NCBI RefSeq assembly: GCF_000354175.2
Contig: NC_022359.1
Span: 1,470,001-1,502,000, forward strand
Direction: 5' to 3'
Source: Vibrio alginolyticus NBRC 15630 = ATCC 17749
GTDB taxonomy: Bacteria > Pseudomonadota > Gammaproteobacteria > Enterobacterales > Vibrionaceae
DNA: 32,000 nt
Below, in pieces: positions 8,093 through 16,243 of this stretch. The notes under the pieces are model-generated. The model saw only the letters and a program-made list of their open reading frames with translations. It was not told the DNA's origin and made no database searches. The position numbers and the translations under genes are program-made. Each line of letters opens with the position of its first letter. The first letter of the stretch is position 1.

Positions 8093-10756
8093 TTACTTTA
8101 TTTGAATCGCCAGACTTTGCTGGCTCGCTTGCTGTTTGCCCTTTTGATGCTGATGGCTGTCGACCATTTGTTTGATTTGAGAGACGCACGAGCCACAGTT
8201 AGTGCCGCATTTGAGTTTGTTTTGAAGTTGAGTCAGTGAAGTGCAGTCTTGCTTCTCCATCGCGTCATGTATTTGTTTATCAGTAACACGGAAACAACTA
8301 CAAACCAGTTTGGCACTGCTTTGCGATTGAGTGATGGTAAGCAGTTGCGATAGCTCCATTGGCTTGCCAATCAAGCCGGTAAAGTTGGTGTAGTCGGTTT
8401 GAATCGGTTCACTAGACACCACTAAAACAGAACGAATGATACGAACGTCTCCAACAAGGTCGTAATCCACCGCTAGCCAACCCTGGGCAATATCTATCGT
8501 AATCCTGCGGCTCTTTTCCGTTCGACAAAAACTCTGCTTCTTTGGCCGTTTATCGTGTGCAAAGCGCCAGATGCCCAGATTACTTTCTGCTTGAAATGCG
8601 CTGTAGAGAAACTTGCCGGAATCAAACTGTGTACCGATGAACATACCGTAGGTTTTTACTGCTGTATCTTGCACTTCAACATAAGACGACTTAAATGCAG
8701 GCTGCCCAGAAATAGGGTCTTTTGCGCTGTTTACTATCGCGTTAACACCGCTTTCACCGCCATATCGACCCGCCCAGTGCATTGACATAAACAGCTCCTG
8801 AAAACCCAAACCTTCATCAATGGCAACTTTGGCATAAATACTGGTGTTTGAATTGGGCTGGAACAGCTTGGTGAGTTGTCCTGCTTTTAAGCGATTTTGA
8901 GTGGCAGAGAGTGTGTTCATGTACACGGTTGGTTCTAACTCAGAGGCGGCAAGGTGTGCGATATGACCTGTGCGCGTCATGGTATGCCATTGATCGCGTT
9001 GCCTGCCCGTATTGAGCCACCAGCCTTTTGTTCTTTCTAAACGCGTTGGAGATTCACTGGTCACGACAAAACGCGCTTTACCATCTGGGTGCGAATAGAT
9101 TCCATCAGCAAAAGGACGCTCTCCTCCCCATTGTGTCGGCACCCACTCTTCGTATTCTTGCTCGGCTAAGTTGGCGTATTGAGAAAGATCTAGCTTCAAT
9201 GGCGAATCTGCATTCATGCCTGTCATCGCGGCATATTCCCTGAATACCGCCCGCTCAGAAGTAAACGCAAAGCCATTTTGTGTCTTTTCCAATGCACACA
9301 GAGCTTGCCCAACTTGGCTTATCGCCCACCAATCTGATTTTGCTTCACCCGGAGGCATTTGAAACTGACGCTGCCTTGAAAGTCGACGCTCAGAGTTGGT
9401 CACCATGCCTTGTTTCTCCCCCCAGCCAGCAGCGGGTAGCAACAGGTCTGCGTAATGCGCGACATCCGAATCCGCTGTGATATCGGAAACAATCACAAAC
9501 GGACAAATCTCGAGTGCACGTTTTACCAATTGGTTATCTGGCAAAGAGACAACCGGATTGGTTGCCATGATCCACAGAACTTTAATCTCACCACGCTCTA
9601 CCGCCTCAAACAGCTCAACGGCTTTTAAACCGGGCTGAGTGGCAATCTCTGGTGAATCCCAAAACGCCTGTACTTGCTTGATAGACTCTGCGTCAAAAGC
9701 ACGATGAACCGCTAATTGGTTTGCCAAACCACCCACTTCTCGGCCCCCCATCGCATTCGGCTGACCTGTAATAGAAAATGGCCCGCAACCTGACTTGGCA
9801 ATTTTACCTGTCGCCAAGTGTGCATTAATAATGGCATTGCCTTTATCGACACCATTTTCGGCTTGGTTAACCCCTTGGCAAAACAGCGTGATTGCGGTTG
9901 GGCTTTGCGCAAACCATTGGAAGAATGTCGTGAGTTTTTCCTCTGAAATGCCAATGGAAGACGTTAGATTAGCGACACTGTAACGCAAATCAGAAACTTC
10001 TTCTCTAAGTGCATTAAATCCGTCGGTATAAGAATTTATGTATTCAGAATCAATCAATTGTTGTTCAATAAGAAACTTGAGCAGCCCATTGAAGAGTGAC
10101 ACATCACCATCGTTTTTAATCGGTAGATGCAAATCCGCTTGCTGTGCGGTGACCGTTTCACGCGGGTCAATGACCACCAGCTTGAGGTTAGGATTGTTTT
10201 CTCTCGCTTGTTGAATACGTCGGAATAAAACAGGGTGCGTCCAAGCGGTATTAGCACCGCAAATGATCAATAGCTCAGTCTTATCAATATCGTCGTAATT
10301 GACGGGAACGACATCTTCACCAAATGCTCGTACATGAGCCGCAACCGCCGAAGACATACACAAACGCGAGTTCGTATCGATGTTTGCGCTGCCAACATAG
10401 CCTTTCATGAGTTTGTTGGCGACGTAATAGTCTTCCGTTAACAACTGCCCTGACACGTACATCGCGACGGAATCCGGTCCAAACTCCGCTTTCGCTTGAT
10501 GAATCTTTTCAGCAATCAGATCCGTGGCTTGTTGCCATTGCACCTCTTGCCCTTGAGGTCGTTGCTTGGTGATAAGCTTTGGATACAACAAGCGCGAAGG
10601 CATATTCAAACTCTCTGCCAGCGCGACACCCTTCACGCACAGTGATCCCGCATTTGCAGGATGACACGCATCCCCAACGATTCCTTTCGCATTGACCTCG
10701 ACACCACATCCAACACCACAATAGGGACAAGTGGTTTTTTTGCATCCTTGCGACAT
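8093..10756 (-). CDS. nasA: Assimilatory nitrate reductase catalytic subunit (molybdopterin, N-terminal 4Fe-4S, C-terminal BFD-like 2Fe-2S domain)
   Basis: 887 aa. The N-terminus has the Cys cluster CPYCGVGCG. The body is a molybdopterin oxidoreductase. The C-terminus CSCFRVTDKQIHDAMEKQDCTSLTQLQNKLKCGTNCGSCV is a BFD-like [2Fe-2S] domain. Confidence 0.95.
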   Translation of the reverse strand: MSQGCKKTTCPYCGVGCGVEVNAKGIVGDACHPANAGSLCVKGVALAESLNMPSRLLYPKLITKQRPQGQEVQWQQATDLIAEKIHQAKAEFGPDSVAMYVSGQLLTEDYYVANKLMKGYVGSANIDTNSRLCMSSAVAAHVRAFGEDVVPVNYDDIDKTELLIICGANTAWTHPVLFRRIQQARENNPNLKLVVIDPRETVTAQQADLHLPIKNDGDVSLFNGLLKFLIEQQLIDSEYINSYTDGFNALREEVSDLRYSVANLTSSIGISEEKLTTFFQWFAQSPTAITLFCQGVNQAENGVDKGNAIINAHLATGKIAKSGCGPFSITGQPNAMGGREVGGLANQLAVHRAFDAESIKQVQAFWDSPEIATQPGLKAVELFEAVERGEIKVLWIMATNPVVSLPDNQLVKRALEICPFVIVSDITADSDVAHYADLLLPAAGWGEKQGMVTNSERRLSRQRQFQMPPGEAKSDWWAISQVGQALCALEKTQNGFAFTSERAVFREYAAMTGMNADSPLKLDLSQYANLAEQEYEEWVPTQWGGERPFADGIYSHPDGKARFVVTSESPTRLERTKGWWLNTGRQRDQWHTMTRTGHIAHLAASELEPTVYMNTLSATQNRLKAGQLTKLFQPNSNTSIYAKVAIDEGLGFQELFMSMHWAGRYGGESGVNAIVNSAKDPISGQPAFKSSYVEVQDTAVKTYGMFIGTQFDSGKFLYSAFQAESNLGIWRFAHDKRPKKQSFCRTEKSRRITIDIAQGWLAVDYDLVGDVRIIRSVLVVSSEPIQTDYTNFTGLIGKPMELSQLLTITQSQSSAKLVCSCFRVTDKQIHDAMEKQDCTSLTQLQNKLKCGTNCGSCVSQIKQMVDSHQHQKGKQQASQQSLAIQIK

Positions 10757-10791
10757 AACACCTCCAGTGCGATTCAGCCCAACTTACTAGC

Positions 10792-10822
10792 AAAAAAAAG
10801 CCTCTCCCGAATCGAGAGAGGC
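10792..10822 (-). terminator. Intrinsic terminator in the nasA leader, ~35 nt upstream of the nasA ATG
   Basis: Minus-strand RNA: GCCUCUCUCG-AUU-CGGGAGAGGC followed by UUUUUUUU. The 10-bp stem has one G-U pair, so it is specific to the minus strand. There is no room for a promoter between it and the ATG at 10756. Confidence 0.8.
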
Positions 10823-10832
10823 AGCAATGCCT
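10819..10832 (-). promoter_or_regulatory. Hexaloop hairpin overlapping the nasA-leader terminator (ANTAR P2-like)
   Basis: Minus-strand AGGC[AUUGCU]GCCU: a 4-bp stem with loop A1/G4. The 3' arm GCCU is the start of the terminator's 5' arm. Just upstream lies UAAC-AGC-GUUA, which is not a canonical hexaloop, so a P1 equivalent is uncertain. Confidence 0.5.
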
Positions 10833-10930
10833 TTAACGCTGTTAGTACATTTTCAAAAAGTAATACCCTATACCGCTCTCGCCTGCTATTAAGAGCGGCG
10901 CATCGAGTTATCGATGAACGTTTATGTAAA

Positions 10931-10945
10931 GCAAGTGAGGTGCCA
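10931..10945 (-). promoter_or_regulatory. Sigma54 (RpoN) -24/-12 promoter for the nasA operon
   Basis: Minus strand reads TGGCAC-CTCAC-TTGCT, a full match to TGGCAC-N5-TTGCW. The predicted TSS is near 10919, giving a ~160-nt leader that contains the hairpins and terminator. Confidence 0.7.
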
Positions 10946-11008
10946 ATATTAAAAACCTTTACTATACAACGGGTTATATTAAAACCAATTATAGCAACGT
11001 AATGCTAC

Positions 11009-11023
11009 GCACTGATTGTGTGC
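11009..11023. promoter_or_regulatory. NtrC-like dyad GCAC-N7-GTGC (candidate enhancer site)
   Basis: The GCACtgattgtGTGC core matches the NtrC consensus tGCACcannntgGTGCa. It is centred ~97 nt upstream of the predicted nasA TSS. Only one clear site was found. Confidence 0.35.
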
Positions 11024-11048
11024 AAATTTCGGTCATTATCGTGCAGTA

Positions 11049-11483
11049 TTACTTTACTAATTCCATAACTAACCTGGATTCTTCGTCACCAAAATAATGC
11101 GCTTCTTCTTCTAACGTTTTAAAGCCAAGGGAGAGGTATAAAGACAATGCAGGTTGGTTCTTAGGATCGACAGTCAATTTCACGCTTGAGCCTAACGTCA
11201 ACGACGCAATAACGTTTTCTAGGAGGGAACGCGCAATACCTTTACCTCTATGTTGAATATCGACGGCCAATGACATGATCCAATATTGATGTGCATTTGT
11301 GCTAGTCGTTAGCAATATATACCCTGCGACCTGCTCTCCCTCTTTTGCTACCAGTAAACTCTCTCCCCAACAATCAAAAGCTTGCCGAAAGAAAAATTGA
11401 GGATAGGCGTGTTCTCCAAATAAAGTATTTTCGAGCTTATATATGGCAAATAAGTCCTCTTTTTGCGCAGACAAGATGTCCAT
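11049..11483 (-). CDS. GNAT family N-acetyltransferase (RimI-like)
   Basis: 144 aa with acetyl-CoA motif A LAVDIQHRGKGIARSLL and ...LYLSLGF. Confidence 0.85.
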   Translation of the reverse strand: MDILSAQKEDLFAIYKLENTLFGEHAYPQFFFRQAFDCWGESLLVAKEGEQVAGYILLTTSTNAHQYWIMSLAVDIQHRGKGIARSLLENVIASLTLGSSVKLTVDPKNQPALSLYLSLGFKTLEEEAHYFGDEESRLVMELVK

Positions 11484-11862
11484 TCAATGACTCCTTCTTT
11501 AACATGAATGGCAGCAGTATACCTAAATCTCATCTAAATGACGGGACACAAACATCTCAATTAAGTGCTTAAGAAATGTAATATTCTTCCTGAAAATTAG
11601 GCCTAACTCACTTAGAACATACATCCGTGATTAAGTTTTAACCGCAAAATCAAAAACCACACAAGATGAAAATTTCAATACATACAACCATTAAACGCAT
11701 TAAAATTAAGAACTTTATTCTGGTTTATTGAGAAATTCATAGTTGGATAATTTACAACCACCCCAAGTCCACAGCATTATTCACCAATCTTCGCATGTGA
11801 TAATAAACACTAAAACCTTTACCATTTTCAGCATTATTATTTTTATAAAAGCGAGTTTTAAA

Positions 11863-13119
11863 GTGAAAGAATCTCGAAATGCCTTAAATCCTAGTGAAAT
11901 AAACACAACCACAGCTTGGTCAAAACATGATACACATTGGGTTCTTAGCCTATTTGGAACAGCCGTTGGCGCAGGCATCCTGTTTCTGCCAATTAACCTT
12001 GGGATTGGAGGTTTTTGGCCTTTAGTCGCGATGGCAGTACTTGCTTTTCCAATGACCTATCTTGCGCACCGTGGCTTAGCTCGTTTTGTACTATCTTCTA
12101 AGATCAAAAACGCAGACTTCACTGATGTAGTGGAAGAGCACTTCGGCGCAAAAGCAGGCCGTTCTATTTCACTGCTGTATTTTCTTTCGATCTTCCCGAT
12201 CCTGTTGATATATGGGGTTGGAATAACAAACACAGTAGATAGCTTCATGGTAAATCAGGCTGATATGGCTTCTTTACCTAGACCTTTGCTTTCTGGCGTA
12301 CTAGTGTTTGCACTAATTGCTATTATGATGGCGGGTGAAAAAGTAATGCTACGGGCCTTTGCCATTATGGTGTTCCCACTTGTTGCCATTCTTGCCTTTC
12401 TATCATTTTACTTAATACCGAACTGGACCATGCCTGTCATGGATGTGCCAGAAGCGTCAGCTTTTGCTAGCACTATGTGGTTAGCAGTTCCTGTAGTGAT
12501 TTTCTCGTTTAGTCACGCAGCTGCAATTTCAAGCTTTGCAAATGTACAACGTCGCCATTACGGTAAGCAGGCAGATGCCAAATCCGAAGTTATTCTTCGC
12601 CGCACTAGCATCATGCTGATTGCCTTTGTTCTTATTTTTGTATTTTCCTGTGTGCTAACACTGTCACCTGAACAATTGGCTCAAGCAAAAGAACAAAACG
12701 TATCCGTATTGTCTTACCTAGCGAACGCAACCGATAATCCATTTATTGCAACACTTGGTCCTTTAGTAGCGTTTGTTGCTATCACTTCATCTTTCCTTGG
12801 GCATTTTTTAGGTGCGCGTGAAAGCTTAAATGGTTTAATTAACAAGCATTTTAACCTATCTGAGAAGCGTGTTGATCGTATCAGCGTGGCAGCACTGTTC
12901 TTCTCAATCTGGGCGGCCGCGATCATGAACCCAAGTATTCTTGGTATGATGGAAGCATTGTCAGGGCCTGTTATTGCAATGATCTTATTTATTATGCCAA
13001 TGTTAGCGGTGTATAAAATCGAGGCGATGAAACAATATCGAGGAAATGTCTCTACTTACTTTGTTCTAGCAGCAGGCATTGTGGCGGTAAGTGCATTGAT
13101 TTTTAGCTTCTTCAGCTAA
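11863..13119 (+). CDS. HAAAP-family serine/threonine transporter (SdaC/TdcC-like)
   Basis: AWSKHDTHWVLSLFGTAVGAGILFLPINLGIGG closely parallels the E. coli SdaC/TdcC N-termini, and the protein is polytopic. The track starts at a TTG at 11743, adding ~40 AT-rich residues. I prefer the GTG at 11863 (418 aa, similar in length to SdaC). The start is uncertain. Confidence 0.8.
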   Translation: MKESRNALNPSEINTTTAWSKHDTHWVLSLFGTAVGAGILFLPINLGIGGFWPLVAMAVLAFPMTYLAHRGLARFVLSSKIKNADFTDVVEEHFGAKAGRSISLLYFLSIFPILLIYGVGITNTVDSFMVNQADMASLPRPLLSGVLVFALIAIMMAGEKVMLRAFAIMVFPLVAILAFLSFYLIPNWTMPVMDVPEASAFASTMWLAVPVVIFSFSHAAAISSFANVQRRHYGKQADAKSEVILRRTSIMLIAFVLIFVFSCVLTLSPEQLAQAKEQNVSVLSYLANATDNPFIATLGPLVAFVAITSSFLGHFLGARESLNGLINKHFNLSEKRVDRISVAALFFSIWAAAIMNPSILGMMEALSGPVIAMILFIMPMLAVYKIEAMKQYRGNVSTYFVLAAGIVAVSALIFSFFS

Positions 13120-13141
13120 TAACTAAAGACTAGCTTGGATT

Positions 13142-13190
13142 TTCAGGGGAATACCTTACACAAGGTTAAGGTGATTCCCTGAATTTTCTT
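13142..13190 (+). terminator. Imperfect long hairpin + T tract after the transporter gene
   Basis: TTCAGGGGAATACC...GGTGATTCCCTGAA (two bulges) followed by TTTTCTT. It lies between convergent genes. Confidence 0.55.
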
Positions 13191-13225
13191 ACTCTTTAAA
13201 AGGTAATCATCGTTACCCTTGACTC

Positions 13226-13324
13226 TTAAATAAGAGCGAAAACACCCGCAATCATAAGTACTGAAGCGATGCAGGTACGGCCGATAATGCCGAAGTGCGA
13301 AGGTTGAATCATTTCATTATGCAT
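13226..13324 (-). CDS. Unannotated 32-aa small hydrophobic protein (hypothetical)
   Basis: Below the ORF-track size cutoff. Minus-strand context AGGAGAttaactATG (strong SD, 7-nt spacing), then MHNEMIQPSHFGIIGRTCIASVLMIAGVFALI and TAA. The C-terminal ~18 aa resemble a transmembrane helix. Confidence 0.4.
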   Translation of the reverse strand: MHNEMIQPSHFGIIGRTCIASVLMIAGVFALI

Positions 13325-13728
13325 AGTTAATCTCCTATTTATTATAAAAGCCATTTTTTATTGGCTTAGTAACACTATGTCTAATATCCAGTTTTTTAAC
13401 AACCCATACAAACATTAAATATTTATGACAGAAACGTAATTTTTTACACTTCACCCTGATTTCGAGCGATGAATCCGCGGCTTAAACCACTAGATTGAGT
13501 CCACCGAATATGCTCACTTACCTTCCATCGTTACCCTACCTATGCCATCTTCCAATCATTACATAAGTTTTCAATAGATTTTTTTTATAAATCATAATAT
13601 TATAGAGATACTTCTCGTATCTCACTCCCAAAACACTTTGCCACTGGGAATCCATCCGCACTTAACCAACAAGAAATGGTAGACTTAACTGGTATTCGGT
13701 TAAGAGATCACATTTTATTAATACGCTC

Positions 13729-15642
13729 ATGCACTTCTCAATTAAAACACTGGCTTGCGCACTTTGTACTGCACTTGGACTTTTCTTGCATCCCACCAAC
13801 GTACTGGCGAGTACCGAAAAGCAAGCTTATCTGGAAGAACACATTTCAGCAGAAAGCAAGCCCATGTTAAAACTCTACTTTCGCTCGATGGGTAAGCCGC
13901 GATCAATTCAAAAAGATGAGTTAAATGCGCCACAGAATGCATCAGCGGAGTCTCTTGCTCTGTATTACTTTGCACGAAAGTACCTTAAGCGTTACGAAGG
14001 CGTTCCATTACCGAAAGATATGCCCGATTTAATCGAATTCGGTAAAAAGCACCATTTGGAATGGGTCGTCGCTGAAGCACAGCTCAATAAGGCTGTAACA
14101 ATGATTGAGCAAGACGATAACTGGAACGCAGAATTGTTACTCCATGACGTTGTTTCTACAGCCCGTGATCTTGGTTATCTAGCATTAGAAGGCCGTGCTT
14201 ACCGCTGGTTAGGCAATCTAGAAGTATCTCGAAATCAACTACGCAGTGGCCTAAAATATTATCGCAATGCCTATGAGTTATTAGAAAAAACAGTATTTGA
14301 AATACAAGTCGCGATGACACTGAACAACATTGGGACGGTCTACATCGACGCATCAGATTGGGCTCGGGCCAACAGCTACCTAACGCAAGCCCTCGACACT
14401 TACCTAGAGAGCGAATATCAATACGATAATAGCTTTTTTATGGGGGTTATCTACGCAAACCTTAGCATCGTTCACTCGAGCCTCGGAGATAACAAAAAAG
14501 CGGAATATTATTTCAATGAAGCCATTCGACTTTCAATGCAAACGGGGTCGGACACAGTCAAGCACCACTCTTTATCCAGCTTTTCACAAATGTTGAGCTC
14601 GGTAGGAAAAATTGATGATGCATTAATGGTCGCACAACGTTGCGTAGACCTGCCCATTCCAAAAAATCTAGAAATGCTAAAAACGTCTTGTTACGAGGCA
14701 TTTGCAGAGGCTTACCTCGCAAACAAACAATACGATAGAGCTATTACAACAGCGCTTAACGTTCTAGAACAAACCAAATCAACCAGTGAATTAGAGCTGC
14801 GGCAGCGTATTGATATGCTTTCGGTACTGGTAAACGCTCATCAAATTCTTAATGACTATGAAGCTGCTTTTCATTATTTAACCCAATTAAGAGAGCTGGA
14901 GGCTGAGTTTTCTCATCATATTCATGGTGAAGAGATGATTAACATTAAGTTTGATCTCGAAGCTAAGTTAGCCCAGAAAGAACTCAAATTGCTAGAAACA
15001 AAAAATGCGCTACAAGCGTCTGAACTGCGTTCGCAGCGCTATCGAGAAATGTTCTACTTTATCGCTATTACGGCAATTGGTGTCGTTGGTTTTCGTTACG
15101 TACTGCGCGTTAGACGTATTAATAAAGCACTCACTCAAGAAAATACTACCGATCCGTTAACTCAACTGCATAACCGTCGCTATCTTCACATTTGGCTGGA
15201 CAAAATGGCTCGTAGAAGCCCAGATAGAACATTTGCCTTAGCAGTTTTAGATGTTGATCATTTTAAAACCTTTAATGATCAATATGGACACGATATTGGC
15301 GATAAAATGCTGACTCATATTGCCACGCTATTTAATGAATCCACTCGCTCTGGTGACCTACTCATTCGTTGGGGTGGAGAAGAGTTTGTCCTATTATTCG
15401 AAGTACAGCGAGCTGAAGATTGCGCTAAGTTTTTGGAGCGATTGAGATATACTGTTGAAAACACGCCATTGGTGGTTGACTCTAAACCATTAAACGCGAC
15501 AATTTCCCTTGGAGCAGTGGACAAACTGTCGGCACAAATAATTAAACAAGAATGGGATCAATGGTTTTTCTTGGCAGACCAAGCTTTGTATGATGCGAAG
15601 CAAGCTGGTAGAAACCAGTTCGTCATTCACCCTACATCATAA
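13729..15642 (+). CDS. Diguanylate cyclase with an N-terminal signal peptide, a periplasmic TPR-like domain, one TM helix and a GGDEF domain
   Basis: 637 aa. Signal-like MHFSIKTLACALCTALGLFLHPTNVLAS. Repeated TPR-like helices (e.g. AYRWLGNLEVSRNQLRSGLKYYRNAYEL). TM helix MFYFIAITAIGVVGFRYVL. Active-site GGEEF with an RxxD I-site (RSGD) five residues upstream. Confidence 0.9.
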   Translation: MHFSIKTLACALCTALGLFLHPTNVLASTEKQAYLEEHISAESKPMLKLYFRSMGKPRSIQKDELNAPQNASAESLALYYFARKYLKRYEGVPLPKDMPDLIEFGKKHHLEWVVAEAQLNKAVTMIEQDDNWNAELLLHDVVSTARDLGYLALEGRAYRWLGNLEVSRNQLRSGLKYYRNAYELLEKTVFEIQVAMTLNNIGTVYIDASDWARANSYLTQALDTYLESEYQYDNSFFMGVIYANLSIVHSSLGDNKKAEYYFNEAIRLSMQTGSDTVKHHSLSSFSQMLSSVGKIDDALMVAQRCVDLPIPKNLEMLKTSCYEAFAEAYLANKQYDRAITTALNVLEQTKSTSELELRQRIDMLSVLVNAHQILNDYEAAFHYLTQLRELEAEFSHHIHGEEMINIKFDLEAKLAQKELKLLETKNALQASELRSQRYREMFYFIAITAIGVVGFRYVLRVRRINKALTQENTTDPLTQLHNRRYLHIWLDKMARRSPDRTFALAVLDVDHFKTFNDQYGHDIGDKMLTHIATLFNESTRSGDLLIRWGGEEFVLLFEVQRAEDCAKFLERLRYTVENTPLVVDSKPLNATISLGAVDKLSAQIIKQEWDQWFFLADQALYDAKQAGRNQFVIHPTS

Positions 15643-15652
15643 AAAAGCACAC

Positions 15653-15994
15653 ATGAAAAAAAATCTAATCATTATTACTTTTGCGCCTCTATTTCTTATG
15701 GCGTGTAGTAATCAGCAAGCATCTCAACTGGGAATGCGCAGCAGCAGTGTCAACGTATATGCCCAGCAAATGAGTAACACTCAACTATGTGAAACTCTCT
15801 ACTACAACCGTGCAACTAACCAAACCAAAGTGGCGATTGGTGCTGAGTTCAATCGACGTGGATTAAACAAAAAGTGGTGTGATAAAGAATTCGATAAGTT
15901 GTACATTAAAAAGTGGATTGATAACGTGCTGCCTAAGGAAAAAGCCGAACCTAAGAAACCAATGGCAACTATTCAACCCGCTCCAACTAAATAA
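15653..15994 (+). CDS. Small lipoprotein, unknown function
   Basis: MKKNLIIITFAPLFLMAC has a lipobox (LMAC). The ATG is 10 nt after the cyclase stop, so co-transcription is likely. The track's 15590 start overlaps the cyclase. Confidence 0.7.
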   Translation: MKKNLIIITFAPLFLMACSNQQASQLGMRSSSVNVYAQQMSNTQLCETLYYNRATNQTKVAIGAEFNRRGLNKKWCDKEFDKLYIKKWIDNVLPKEKAEPKKPMATIQPAPTK

Positions 15995-16180
15995 CCCCCC
16001 CTCTTGAAGCAGACGGTACACTCGTATTTTCTGCTTTTCACTTTTCATGCATGCTCGATGCGACATATAAAAACCTCATAGTTTCAGTAAATTAACAAAG
16101 ACTTATGTTGTCCATCGAACTTTTAATGTAAACAAGTTGTAAATGGTTTTCGTCCTTATTCTTTGTCGTTAGCTTTGTTT

Positions 16181-16210
16181 GTTCCTGTTAGCGGAATATG
16201 AAACAGGAAC
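16181..16210. repeat. Perfect 9-bp inverted repeat GTTCCTGTT-N12-AACAGGAAC upstream of the protease gene
   Basis: Read directly. It ends 33 nt before the ATG at 16244. It could be an operator or a 5'-UTR hairpin. Confidence 0.5.
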
Positions 16211-16243
16211 TAAAAAATTCCAAACAAAGACATGAGGTCAAAA

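Noticed and set aside
8073-8189. The ORF-track version of cobA starts at 8189 and overlaps the nasA 3' end by 97 nt.
   Set aside because: An internal ATG at 8070-8072 has a good AGAGGA RBS and lies 20 nt after the nasA stop. The extra 39 residues are low-complexity. I treat the overlap as an artefact of longest-ORF calling, not a real overlapping gene pair.
11743-11862. The TTG-initiated 40-codon N-terminal extension of the transporter ORF. The same reasoning applies to the extensions of the PCu(A)C ORF (26702), the RR ORF (21639), the DLH ORF (6113) and the lipoprotein ORF (15590).
   Set aside because: The extensions are not found in the recognised families' N-termini. Several would bury signal peptides or lipoboxes internally, and better RBS-associated starts exist downstream.
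13467-13477. The 11-mer GATGAATCCGC is shared between 13467-13477 and 28837-28847.
   Set aside because: In a 32-kb window, on the order of a hundred exact 11-mer coincidences are expected by chance, and the flanks do not extend the match.
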